This document shows positions 1 through 15,810 of a stretch of 64,000 nucleotides of DNA, piece by piece. The position numbers and the translations under genes were made by a program. The notes under the pieces were generated by a model. That model searched no databases and was not told where the DNA came from. It was given only the letters and a program-made list of their open reading frames with translations. This stretch comes from the human T2T-CHM13v2.0 reference genome, Homo sapiens. Positions within the stretch are counted from its first letter, which is position 1, and each line of letters opens with the position of its first letter. The stretch lies in NCBI RefSeq assembly GCF_009914755.1, contig NC_060937.1; one strand, given 5' to 3'.

Positions 1-294
1 CCATCCTTGACTCACTGCTTTTTATTGTCTCCCTTAGACAATCAGTTCCCCAGTCCTAACAGTTTACCTTTGAAATACTTTTGGCATCTTTATCTTTCTG
101 TATATTCCTCCTGCTGTGACCTTAGTTTAGTCTTTAATTACCACATACTTAATAAATTAGTAGTATTTTCTTTATTAGTCTCACTTCTTATAGAGTCACC
201 CCTCTCTAATACATTTTAACACCTACTCTAAATATTTTTTAAATACTTCACTTTGGTTTTAAATTACTTCACTTTGGTTATATTATTTCATTGC

Positions 295-530
295 TCAATA
301 ATAACAGCTAGCAATTATGGAGGGCTTACAGTGTATCAGGCAAGGCTCTAAGCAGTCCTGAGTTCTAAATGGATAGACTTAATTAATCCTCACAATAATC
401 CTATAAGGTAGCTAGTATTATCATTTAACTATGAAGAACACTGAGCCTGCTGGAGTTCAGCAGCTCATCCAAGATCACACAGCTTATGAGCTGTAAGTTT
501 AGGAATCCAAGGTTGCTCTCTCCCACTCCT
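295..530 (-). mobile_element. MIR SINE fragment
   Basis: MIR-like motifs 'taatcctcacaataatcctataaggtag...attatc' and 'caagatcacacagct'. Confidence 0.65.
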
Positions 531-849
531 CAATGCAGGATGTGGGGTTGAGTGTGTGTGGGGAGTTGGGGGGCAGCACCTAGGCTCTTAACCGCTAAAC
601 TGCAATGTCTTTTGTGAGTGACTGAGTAACGTTCAGACTCACTAAGTTGGCTTTCAACTCCCTGGCCTCCAAATGGCTTTTAATTTTCAGAAATATCAAA
701 CACAAAACCAGTGTAATGGCTTATGTCCTATTCATAATTCTCATAAATATGCACTGGGTCTTTGGTCTGCATAGTTCTGTTTATATTGTTCCCTTGACTC
801 CCATCATGCTTTCCTTCTTTTTCAACCATGCTTTCCTTCTTCAACCAAG

Positions 850-1100
850 CTGAAAGTCTTCTGTATAAAACCCTTTCATCACCTTTCAACACTTACTTAA
901 GCACTAGAGAGTCTATCGCACCCAAGGGTGACCCTTATCTCCTGGCTACCAATTGCATTTACCTTGTCTCACTTATATTTTACTTATTATATATTGGGTG
1001 ATATTTAAAACATTGATGTTTATGTGTTATCTCTCCTACTAGGTCGTAATTTCTGCATGCATTAAAGCTGTAATAAACAGCAGTAAAATGATTGAAATGA
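850..1100 (+). mobile_element. Degraded L2 LINE 3' fragment
   Basis: Weak similarity to L2 3' end motifs such as 'tgttatctctcctactagg'. Confidence 0.35.
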
Positions 1101-2689
1101 CTTCAAAATATTTTCTGTTTATCATTTTTTAAAATGTAAAAACTCAATTGAAGAAAGAGAAAGAAACAGTAACTTTCTCCCCAGACACCCGATAGTCTCA
1201 GATTATGCCACAGTTTCTGGGTTTTAATTACTATTCAAAGTTCAAGTACAGTTATCACAAGAATGGAGATTTTCCCAGTAGCTCTGACTCCGAATAAACA
1301 GGAAGTATAGTATCAGAAATCTGGCATGAGAACCTGGTCTTGTGAAACTTCTCATCCTAAGTACTTGAAACTTTTCATGCTTCTTGCTAAATCTTCACAA
1401 GTGTGCCCATAATTCTGTATTACCTAACTAGTTTGAACTCTAGAATATTAGTTCCAAAACCATATACAGAACAGATGAAAGCTAGATATTACAAGACTAA
1501 AAGCTGTTGCAACAAAATCTTCCTGACAAATGGAGCTGTCAGTTTGTGTGACTACAGGGAGAAACAGAGTGGGACTATGAAGTGCTAAAGTATTGTAGGA
1601 CTGCATTTGCCTCTTTTAGTTACTCCAAATGCAAATCACTCTTGCCCTGGGAAAAGTGGTATAGTTGGAGGACATAGTTACAGTAAAACAAATTTGGACT
1701 CATTTTTTTCTATGAACCTCAAGTTTAACCACACTAAACCCTCTTTATCAGAGATTCCATGAAAGGTCATATTGTTTTATTTCTTTATTATGGCCATGAA
1801 CTTCCTAATTAAATTCAGAATCATAGCAAGAGCTCCCTAGCTTGTGAAAGTCTAAATTTGCTGACATCTTAATGTCTTAAGTACCCAGCCAGCTGTTAGT
1901 CTTGCATCCTATGAATGGTTTCGTGAGTTGGAGCTTCTTAGTCCTTCCCCTACTTCTGACTTTGAATCAGCAAAATGGGCAACTTTTACATTTTATGTTT
2001 TGGATGGCAATCCAGGCACATTGTAGGGGTCAGTAATTCTTGCTGGCTATGCCATTTTAGAAGTATACTGTCTAAAACTAGTAGTTTTAGTAGAAGAACA
2101 TATTGTCAAGGGGAATAGGTGCACTCCCTCTTCCTTTACATGGGATTCAAGGGCTCCTGTTCTGACATTAGATGATTCAGGTGTTGTGCCCCATGCTAGT
2201 TGCTTTAATCTGTGATCAGAATTTTTCTGTGTGCTTGTGTTCCTGTTTCGATATTCTTCTAACCTAGAATTCTAAGTTAAAAGACATAAAGTGAAAGGAA
2301 TGAAAAGGTACAAATAAAGGGCTTGGAAGGTTTCAGAGGAGGGAAAGATGAACTTGGGTGAAGATGGAAGTTAGAGAAGGATTTATAAAAGAATTAAGGT
2401 CAAGACCAAGAAAGACGTGAGCGGATAGTGTACTCTGAAGACACAAGCCAGTGTTTGATTTAATTTTAGGTATTTAGTGAACTGAAAGGATAATCAGCAT
2501 AATACCTTCCAGGAAGATATTTCAGGCCAACTTTAAGCACACATAAATTCACACACCTCATAAAACTGCTTTAGGCATTAGCTATTAGCCAACAGAACAT
2601 TTTCTTTGTCATCCACCAACATAAAAATAGCACTCATCTTTGGGGCGCACTCTGAACAGCATCGAAATTTTTTAAGCAAAACTTCCCCC

Positions 2690-2714
2690 AAACAACAACA
2701 ACAACAACAAAAAA
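2690..2714 (+). repeat. (CAA)n microsatellite
   Basis: aacaacaacaacaacaacaaaaaa seen directly. Confidence 0.8.
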
Positions 2715-3744
2715 CTGAAAAAACACTCTACAAATCCTCCATAATGATAATATAAGTGAACATTACATTATCTAAGAAAAATTTGCAAAGCACCTACATT
2801 TTTGCTACATCTTTCATTAACATTGATTTTTTTCTTAGACAGTTCAAAAGATTATAAAATACAGTGTATACTTTAAATTTTTAAACTATAATTGAACTCA
2901 GCTGAAATAAATGCCTTCTAAGTGAGATGTGTGTAGAACTTCCTTTGTATACTTAAAGACTCAACAGTTTACTAGATAGAATATAATGACCAATGAAAAT
3001 AAAAACTCTGTTTCCAGTGATTTACATCATCAAATGTAAAAGGTTTTCTAGCTACAGTCACCTAGATGTCTAAACCTCCTTCAAGATTATTGGATGCAGA
3101 TCTTTTGGGGAAAGTGTTGACCAGAGGACACTGGAGTGACCTTGAGCTCTGACTGCTAAGAGTAAGAGAAGACAAAGTTTGAGGATGAACCTTGTTTGGG
3201 AGAGATGATTAACCACCTACATTCCTGATTAAAATAAAGAGACAGAACAGAAGACTGAACAAAAGGATGAGAGTCTAGGAGAAATGGTATAGAAGGCAGA
3301 GTCAAGTTGAGTTGTGCCATATAGGTTTGTGGACTGAGCCAGCGTGTCTGAAGATATTGCTGTTGGATACCTACGACATGGCTTTTTCTGGGTTTGGGCA
3401 CATGGGGTAAAAAACCAGAGAAATCACTAATGATAAGAAAAGCTGAGCAACTGACCCTGTCATCTCCAGGCCGTCTCTGGTCAGACCAACTCCTTTACAA
3501 ACATCACCTTAATTAATTAATTTAAAACTCTCCATTATCTGACATTGACAGTCCTCATTGCTGCTACCTTGTGTCTTTTAATATACATTCACTTAACTAT
3601 TTATACAGTTCTTACATTTTTGAGAATTTAACCCCCGTCTTTGCCGTATTCCTCCTTCTTTAACCAGAACAAGCAGCTCTTCCTTTGAACTGGCCATCCT
3701 AGGTGGGCTTTGGTAATCCCTGGTGCTACCATAAAATCTTATGT

Positions 3745-3915
3745 CGTGGGTCTCAAGTTTTAGTGTCCCTGAGAATCAGCTGGAAAATATTGAATATAGA
3801 ATCCTCAGATTCCCACCCAGTCTGCACAAATCAGAATTTCTGAATGCAGAACAGAGAATTTCATTGTAGCGATTGCCTTGGTGATTCTAATGCACATAAA
3901 TGACTGAAAACACGC
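3745..3915. mobile_element. MER5-like hAT-Charlie MITE
   Basis: 'gtctcaagttttagtgt...agaatca.ctgga...aatcagaat...ggtgattctaatgcaca' matches the MER5A pattern. Confidence 0.6.
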
Positions 3916-4574
3916 CTCTGTGGTTATCATATTTATTGTAATTATCTTTGTCTCAAACACTCTTTTACAGAACAGTCAGTGTTTTGGTCAAATTGTTGTG
4001 TGTCTTTGGTATCTAATCCAAAGTCTGAAACATATCACACACTACCATGTGTTTATTTAACTAGCTCATGAATACTTCATGTAGTAACGGTGAACCAGAG
4101 TGGGGAAAAAGAATACCCAACTGGTTTAGGATTTGAGTTGCTACTCTCTACCGGAGTAGGCGTCATTTTATTTTTGTTTTCTACAGATAGGATATTTTAA
4201 AAGGGTAGTTATTCTTGGTTATACTTCATCAATAACTAACAGGTGAATAATTTAAACATAGTCAATATTGGCATTAGACTACTTATTTGAAGGAAACTAT
4301 TCAAAATGTATGAACTTAGGCCAAAAGGCAGAGGATTAAAGGGCAGAGAAAAGTGAGTTGCTTATACTACCACATGACTTTTACGTTTATTTCTGCCATT
4401 CAGAGCCCCTGAGAATTAAGAAGCCTTTGTAAATCATACTACTTCTACCTCGTCTTTATGTACTTTCCTTCTATTTCTCCTCACAGATTATTTCATTTTC
4501 TCTTCTCCCCTATCCTCTAGTTCTTTCTTTATTCCTAATTCTCTCTTACAGAACTACAATCATAGCCAAAAATA

Positions 4575-5470
4575 TTTTTTAATAAACTTGGAGGTATAAT
4601 TTACATAAAGTTAAATGTATCCATTTAAAGTGTACAGTTCAATGAGTTTTGACAATTATCTGTGCCCATGTAACCATCACTGCAACCAAGGTACAGGACA
4701 TTTCCATAACCCCCATCATTCTCTCATGATCCTTTGCAACATTCTTCTCCCTGACCCCATCTGCCCCTGGCAAACACTGGTCTACTTTCTGTTGTCATAG
4801 ATTAGTTTTGTCTTTTTTAGAATTTCATATAAATGGAATCACACAGTTTATACTTTTTTATATTTGCTGCTATCATTCAGCATCATGGTTTTAAGATTCA
4901 TTTATGTTGTTCTACATTATCGGTAGTCCATTTTTATTTTTAAATTCCATTGTATGAATATATCACAAATTGTTTATTCATGCGCCTATTGTTCGCATTT
5001 GGGTCGTTTCCAGTTTTTGGCTGTGACAAATAAAGCTGCTATGAACTTTTGAGTCTGAGTCTTTGTGTGGACATATGTTTTAATTTTTCTGAGGTAATCA
5101 CCCAGGAGTTGATTTGCTGGGTAGATGATAAGTACTTGTTTAACTTTATAAGAAACTGGCAATTCATTTCCAAAGTAGTTGTGTCATTTGTACATTTCAA
5201 TTAGTAAAGTAGGAGAGTTGTAGTTTTTCCACATTCCTGTCAATACTTGGTATTGTCAGTCTTTATAATTTTAGTCATTCTAGTGGATGTGCAGTGATAT
5301 TTCATGGTGATTTTATTCTGCATTTCTTTGATGTCTAATGATATTGAGCATCTTTTCATGTGCTTATTGGACAGTTGTATAACTTTTTAAGTGGTCTGTT
5401 TCAATCTTGTCCATTTAAATTATATTTAATTTAGTAATCTTATTATGAGGTACAAGAATTATTTATATAT
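4575..5470 (-). mobile_element. Old L1M (L1MB/L1ME-like) 3' end
   Basis: Antisense L1M 3' motifs 'aagtgtacagttcaatgagttttgaca', 'catataaatggaatc', 'ttgagcatcttttcatgtgcttattgg'. Confidence 0.85.
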
Positions 5471-5969
5471 CAACAACATATAATTTGTTTCTAATTTAAA
5501 AGTGTTATTTTTCTGTTCAATTAAAGTAGACGAGTCCTTGATTTAATTCAACAGTTCCTGTATTTTGGCTTACATCTAACTCAAGCACAGTCACTAGCCA
5601 GCTGGAAAATCCATCATGAAGCCAGAAATTGCTATAAACTGCTACATGATAATTATCTAATACTTTTGTAGAAGACCTAAGCCTAGGGTAAATATTATAT
5701 AGTAATATGATCAAGAGAAAAACAGCAGTCAATGGGTAGCTGAGTGATTCCATAAACAATCTCCTATAGCAAATAGAAATGGAATTTGATCAACTATAAA
5801 AGCTAGATTAATTTCTGCAGTTAAATTGGCAAACCATATGATAACATTGAAGCATATGTCAAAATAAGCACATATACACCTAGGGTGAGAATGATCTCCC
5901 TCAGTCTTCTCAGAGCGCAAAACTGAAGCCACTAAGATGTCTCAGATTCTCACCATCAATGTCGAGATA

Positions 5970-6503
5970 CAGTAGATTCTTGATATTCATGGTAGTTATG
6001 TTCTATAAAGTTGCTGATAACATTGAAATAGTGCAAACAGTGAATTAACTCTTAGAGAAAATATATATAAATCAAATTTCATATTTAATCTTAAAAACTC
6101 ATCCTGGTGGATTCTATTCTCTTTATTTTACAAAAGAGATAAGGAGATTGAGAAGTGCCAAGTGACATGCCTGTGTTGCCACACTAACAGGTGCCAGAGT
6201 TGGATTCAAACCCCATCCACCTGGCCCCAGGGCTGGAGCTTCTCGCACTACCCAGCACTGCCCTGACTGCCTTGTGTTTTCTGGTCATCTCTGTATGGGA
6301 GCAGAAACATGAAGGCAGCACATTGCCTTGTTCTACCTCAGCTGCAAACCAGCGCTTTGGACAACTCAAATTTTTCACTGCTCCGTGCATGTCCACAAAT
6401 TAACACAAAATCTCTGGGTATATTGATTTGGGGGTTACAAATAAAATTTAACAAGTAGGTGAATTCATGGTTACTGAATTTGTGAGCAAGAATTGATTTT
6501 ACG
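5970..6503 (-). mobile_element. TcMar-Tigger non-autonomous DNA transposon (MER82-like)
   Basis: TA-flanked 'cagtagattcttgatattc' terminus; minus strand reads 'aaattttatttgtaaccccaaatcaata...aaaaatttgagttgtcc...gctgaggtagaacaaggc' as in MER82. Confidence 0.7.
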
Positions 6504-7570
6504 TATGAGAACATAAAAGCACACATTCACACATATTCACTCACACAAGCACATGCAGTTTCTGCATGGGTGGAAGAGGAGTGGGCAGGATGGTAACGAG
6601 CAATGGCCTCTGATCTGTTTTCACTCTGATTCTGAATTGAAAACCAATGAGATTCTTTGATTATTTTCAGGTCTCTGATTTATGTCATGGTTGTGTCTAT
6701 ATGGCTAGTTGACTTTTTATGGTCAAAATGAAGTAACCTATTGGTTAACAGAGCTACAAAATCTGGGTCATGTAAATATCTAATCATTTTTACTCATTCA
6801 TAATATAGCCTCACATCTCAAATTAAACAAATGTTGGTAGATTTTGTCAGTAATATTTATAAAGTCTGAATCACAAAACATAGAAGAGTTCCATCAGCTA
6901 TTATATCTTTGCTTTTGCCATTTCTTCATTTGAGCTCATCAAAGTTCTGTGTAAGATGATTCCAGCTATTTCCAGGGCTCAGTTTGAGAGGTGAAGTAAT
7001 GACATTTGGCAGAAACATTAAAGCTATGCTAACTTCATACAACTGTTAACAACCAGAATATTACTCCAGACAACTTAGACCTAGGAAGCAATTGGAAGGA
7101 GTCAGTAAATCACAAAATAGGAGCAGGTGGAAAATTTTTAAGGTGGAAAATCATTTAGGTACAAAGTCTATCATCTTAGGTTGTTCCCCTCAGCCTTAAT
7201 ACTTTTGGAACAGAGAATTATTTGGAGCAAACTTTTTTTCACCAAGTTTCAATTCTTTCTAGAATATGCTGGCTAATTCATTTTACAATATAAATACTTT
7301 CATGTTTAGACCATAACTTAATAGCAAAAAACTTTTATGATTAATTTTTCTTTATCTTATTATAGTGTTTATGTTTTGAATAAGAATTAATTTTACTAAT
7401 TGTATCTGCTAATGAACATGTATCTTAAAATACATTTATATATGCAGTTTGTTCTGTATTAAGCTTACATATTTTTGGATTTGAAATGTATAAAATATTT
7501 AATTTCAGGTTTGTTTATGAAATCTTTGGTAATTTAAAATAAGCTGTAAATATTTTAAAAACACCAGAGT

Positions 7571-10245
7571 TACCATTCCTACTGAAACTATTCCAAAAAA
7601 TTGAAAAGGAGGGACTCCTCCCCCAACTCATGCTATGAGGCCAGCATCATCCTGATACCAAAACCTGGCAGAGATATAACAAAAAAAAGAAACTTCAGGC
7701 CAATATCTTTGTTGAGCATTCATGCAAAAATCCTCAACAAAATACTGGCAAACCGAATCCAGCAGCACATCAAAAAGCTTGTCCACTACGATCAAGTAGG
7801 CTTCATCCCTGGGATGCAAGGTTGGTTTAACATATGCAAATCAATAAATGTGATTCATCACATAAGCAGAACTAAAGAAAAAAACTACTTGATTATCTCA
7901 TTAGATACAAAAAAAGGCTTTTGATGAAATTCCACATCACTTCATGTTAAACACTCTCAGTAAACTAGGTATTGAAAGAACATACCTCAAAATAATAAGA
8001 GCCATAAATAACAAACCTATAACCAATATACCAAATGGGCAAAAGCTGGAAGAATTCCTCTTGAAAACCAGCACAAGACAAGTTTGTACTCTCCCACTAC
8101 TCCTACTTAACACAGTATGGGAAGGTCTGGCCAGGGAAATCAGGCAAGAGAAAGAAATAAAGTGTATTAAAATAGGAAGAGAGGAAGTGAAACTATCTTT
8201 GTTTGCAGATGACATGATTTTATATCTAGAAAATCCCATTGTCTCAGCTCAAAAGTTTCTTAAGCTGATAAGCAACTTCAGCTAAGTCTCAGGATACAAA
8301 ATCAATGTGCAAAAATCACTAGCATTCCTATACACCAACAGTCAAGCTGAGAGCCAAATCATGAATGAACTCCTATTCACAGTTGCTACAAAGAAAATAA
8401 AAGACCTAGGAATACAGCTAACAAGGGAAGTGAAGGACCTCTTCTAGGAGAACTACAAACCACTGCTAAAAGAAATCAGAAATTACACACAAAAAATTGA
8501 AAAACATTCCATGCTCATGGATAGGAAGAATCAATTTTGGTAAAATGGCGATTCGGCCCAAAGCAGTTTATAGATTCAGTGCTATTCCCATTAAACTACC
8601 ATCGACATCCTTCTCAGCACTAGAAAAAAACTACTTAAAAATTCATATGGAACAAAAAAAGAGCCTGAATACCCAAGGCAATCCTAAGCAAAAAGAACAA
8701 AGCGAGAGGTATCACCTTACCCAACTTCAAACTACAGTACAGGGATACAGTTATCAAAACAGCATGGTACTGGTACAAGAACAGACATATAGACTAATGG
8801 AACAGAACAGGGAACCCAGAAATAAGATCACACACCTACAGCTAGGGAATCATTCACTATTTGATTGAAGGAATTGAGACTTTGCTGAAATTGCTTATCA
8901 GCTTAAGCTTTTGATCTTCCACAAACCTGACAAAAACAAGCACTGGGGAGATGATTACCTATTTAATAAATGGTGCTGAGAGACTTGGTTAGCCATATGC
9001 AGAAAATTGAAACTGGACCACTTCCTTACACTATATACAAAAATCAACTCAAGATGGATTAAAGACTTAAATGTAAAACCCCAAACTATAAAAACCCTAG
9101 AAGAAAACCTAGGCCATACCATTCAGGACATAGGCACAGGCAAATATTTCATGATGAAGATGCCAAAAGCATTTGCAACAAAAGCAAAAATTGACAAATG
9201 GAATCTAATTAAATTAAAGTGTTTCCACACAGCAAAAGAAACTATCAACAGAGTAAACAGACAACATACAGAATGGGAAAAAATTTTGCAAACTATGGAT
9301 GTGACAAAGGTCTAATATCTAGCATCTATCAGGAACTTAAACAGATTTACAAAGGTCTAATATCCAGCATCTACAAGGAACTTAAACAGATTTACAAGAA
9401 AAAATCAAACAACCCCATTAACAAGTGGGCAAAGGACACAAACAAGCACTTCTCAAAAGAAGCCATATATGCAGCCGGCAAACATATGAAAAAAGGCTCA
9501 ACATCACTGATCATTAGATAAATGCAAATCAAAACCACAATGAGATACCACCTCACACCAGTCAGAATGGCTATTATTAAAAACTAAAAAAAAATAGATG
9601 CTGGCAAGGTTGAGGAGAAAAAGAACACTTTTACACTGTTGGTGGGAGTGTAAATTACTTCAACCATTGCGGAAGACAGTGTGGCAATTCCTCAAAGACC
9701 TAGAACCAGAAATGCCATTTGACCCAGCAATTCCATTACTGGGTATATACCCAAAGGAATATAAATCATTCTATTACAAAGATAACGTGCATGTCTATGT
9801 TCATTGTAGCAATATTCACAGTAGCAAAGACATGGAATCAACCCAAATGCCCATCAATGATACACTGGACAAAGAAAATGTGGTGTGGTACAAAGAAAAT
9901 ATGTATCACACTATGGAATACCGTGCAGCTATAAAAAAGAATGAGATCATGTCCTTTGCAGGGACATGGATGGAGCTGGAGGCCATTATCCTTAACAAAC
10001 TAACACAGGAACAGAAAGCAAATACCGCATGTTCTCACTTATAAGTGGAAGCTAAGTGATGGGAACACAGGGACACATAGACCAGGAAAAATAACTGATG
10101 GTCACTAGGCTCAATACCTGCATGATGAAATAATCTGTGCAACATACCCCATGACACACAGCTGTGTATGTAACAAACCTGCACATCCTGCACATGTACC
10201 CCTGAACTTAAAATAAAAGTTAAAATAAAATAAAATATCAAATCA
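7571..10245 (+). mobile_element. 5'-truncated L1PA element (older L1PA, ~PA10-12-like): disrupted ORF2 RT/C-terminus, 3'UTR and A-rich tail
   Basis: ORF fragments contain 'NFRPISLL', '[13 protein letters not shown]', 'LLHCWWECK'; target-site duplication aaaaacaccagagtt (7557-7571) / aaaaatatcagagtt (10247-10261). Confidence 0.95.
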
Positions 10246-10574
10246 AAAAAATATCAGAGTTGTTATTTTATTTGGGTATTGCAGTCTCTGTTTGAGTGAA
10301 AATAATTAGCTGGGACTATTGACTACTGCCAACCCTGGAACTTTTGTTCACTATTTAAATAAAAATTATTATATTAAGGACTTTGAAACTACTGCTGCAC
10401 AATTGACTTATGAAATAATATATGTTAGAAGAATAAAATGAACAATTATTAAATGAAAAGTAAGTGACGGTTGGCTTGTTGTTTTAAAAATAAAAACATT
10501 TCTATGTCAATGTATAAATCATAGGGAATAGAAATGCCATTTTAACCTGCAAGTTGACTAATAATTTAATTTAA

Positions 10575-10925
10575 ATTAGTAAATATTTATTTAGTATTTT
10601 AAGGAACATCTCTAGGTGTTAAAGAGATAAACAATAATGTGTTTTTTTGGGCTTCCAGAGGTTTACACTTCAGCAGGAATATTTTGTAAACCATGCTATA
10701 TAGTGTGGTGAATGCTCTATTAGCACAAGCAAATATATCTGTTACAAGCAATATCAGCAGCTAAAAATACAAGTAAAATTTCACAGAGAGGAATTATTAA
10801 AAATTCGTGAGACAGAATGGAGGGATGGTATGTATGGGGGAAAGGCATTTTAGGCAAAGGGAACAACAGAAAAAGCATGAAAACATAAAAAGTGGTGTGT
10901 TTGGGAATATGTCATTGTAATGTAG
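10575..10925 (-). mobile_element. L2 LINE fragment (resumes ~11380-11800 after the LTR)
   Basis: L2-like motifs 'aaatatttatttagta', 'ggcattttaggcaaagggaacaaca', and later 'gggagaccagttagaagactatt'. Confidence 0.6.
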
Positions 10926-10927
10926 AG

Positions 10928-11171
10928 TATATGTCTTAGCTCAGGCTGTTATAACAAGAATACCATATACTGGGCGGCTTAAACAACAAACATTTATTTT
11001 TCACAATTCTGGAGGCTGGGAAGTCCAAGATGAAGACATTGGCAGGTCTGGCGTCTGGTGAGGGTTTCTTTCATGGTTTGCAGACAGTTGCTATATCCTC
11101 ACATGGTTGAGACACAGACAGACAGACAGAAAGACAGACAGAAAGACACACACACACACACACACACACAC

Positions 11172-11210
<39 letters not shown>

Positions 11211-11374
11211 CTAAGCTTTCTCGTGTCTCCTTTTACAATAAGGGCACTTATCCCAACATGAGGGCTCCGCTCATGACCTAGTTACCTCTTAGACCATCTC
11301 CAAATACCATCATGCTGGGGATTAAGGTTTCAACATACAAAGTTTGGAGAGACACAAACATTCAGTCCATAGCA
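10928..11374 (+). mobile_element. MaLR solo LTR (MLT1A-like) containing a compound microsatellite
   Basis: 'tgtcttagctcaggctgttataacaagaataccata...tctggaggctgggaagtccaagat...acaaacattcagtccatagca'. Confidence 0.85.
11110..11208 (+). repeat. Compound microsatellite (GACA)n(CA)n(GA)n
   Basis: Seen directly. Confidence 0.95.
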
Positions 11375-13314
11375 GTGTAATACATAAGGATAGGTTTAAA
11401 ATTCAAAAAAATAAGTTGGGGGTAAGATTTAAGGTAGTATTGACAGCAAAATTATAGATTTTGTCTAAAGCAACATGAAGACTTACTTATGACAGTGAAC
11501 CCAGTCATATTTATGTTTTAGAAAGATAGTTTTGGTAATATTATGCAGAATGGATTAGAAAGAGGAAAGGTTAGGACAGGGAGACCAGTTAGAAGACTAT
11601 TTCACAGGTCTCAGTAAGAGAGGTTGAGGGCCTGAGGTAGGGCTTGAGGAGGAAATATAGAGGAGGGAATAGATTGGAAAGGTATTATTTAGGTAGAGTT
11701 ATCTGGGGACAATGTCACGTGGTAATGAGAGAGACTGAGGAGCCAGGAAATGCTCATAAAAGCTGCATAGGAGGAAGACAATCATTTAACCAAGTAAGGG
11801 CAAGAGTGCAATTTATGTTCGTTCAAGTTGTTTGGTTGAGAAAGGAGAAAATAGGATTTTTTTTTTTTTTAGAAAATTAAGTTTTTGCTTATTTGTTTTT
11901 TTTAAAGATTGGGGCTAAGCCACATACAGAGAGAATGTTTATAAGATACAGAGGAGAGAAATATAAAAAGTTCCTACTTGATCGTTGTTGCTGTAGGTTA
12001 GCCCAGGCCACACAGAAGGATTGTAACAGTGTATGAGTGACAGTCTGGAGTCCTTGGCACATATATTTCTACTTTACTTTGTCATGGGCGACCTTGCTAT
12101 TGACCCCCATTTGTTACATTCTTCTACTGGTTCCCCTACCTAGTTCTGGTCTACTTTACTTCTCCCCTGTGACTGCTCTCCTTAAACTCTGATGAGCATC
12201 CTCTGATTATAGCTGAAAGAGAAAAAGGGAATTTATTAGGAAGGTACATGGGTGCCTTGCAGAAGTCAAGGGCAGGCAGGTACTGGACCCAGGCACTAAA
12301 AATGCAGGAGGATCCTCACTTACTAGAACATGTGCATTTCTGACATTCTTCTTTCTTTGTCTTTGCAGAATGGATTCCTCTGCTTTGCTGGAGGAAGTAT
12401 GGTAGGTGGAAGATGCCAAACCACAGTACCCAAGCTTCACATGTGTCTAATAGGTCCAATTATATCAAAAAGACTAACTTCCCTCAGGCCTAATCTTAAC
12501 TAATTGTCTCAGCCTGGATCTAGTGCCCAAGTCTGTTCCAACCAACAGCGGTCAATGGAATGGGTCTCATTGTACAAGCATGACTCATCAGAGCTCAGTA
12601 TGGGGACATGTTCATGGGGCAGAGGGAGAAGCAGTGCTATGTTTTGTGCATAGATGCTGGGCTGGCAACACAATGGCTTACGGTCATCACACACTGGTAT
12701 ACTCCTGATCTCCTATACCTAACTGTCAATTCTCATTTAGATGGGTTGCCAACCATTAAAACCTTACTAGTTATTTATCTGAGCATTTATGATATAATAT
12801 ATTTTTATTAGGAGAATTATATATTGTATAACATATAATAGGAGTATTATATATAACAAAGCAGAAATATTTTTAGTAATAAGAAAAAGGATACTTAGAC
12901 TTTAACAACTGAGACAACATCTTAGTCTTTCCACTCCAGACTGTACAGGAAATTCCTCATCAAATTTCTGAAAACCATTCTCAGACATTATCCATTTTTT
13001 ATAGTCCTGTCATCTCTTAGTCTTCAAACAGCAGGGATGTTCTTTTCTATAAAACCATATGCTTTTGTTGGAGTAATGAGCTAGAAATAGAAATTAATTC
13101 CAACTGGTGATTCTATGCTTTCCTGTAACTAAAACATTGAAAATAAGACTTATCTGACCACACAAGCCTAAAGTAATACAGAAATTTCTTAGAGTTACTA
13201 GTGCACTATAGCTTGGCCATGCAGCAAAGTTTAGTAGAAATGATTGATGTATTGTTTTGTCACCTCAGAGTCAACAATAATTGCTGACATTTATAAAGTA
13301 TCTTTTATTGCAAA

Positions 13315-15810
<2,496 letters not shown>

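Noticed and set aside
5517-5932. Minus-strand ORFs with a GTAAG donor-like site near 5570
   Set aside because: No recognisable protein similarity, weak acceptor, and no partner exons.
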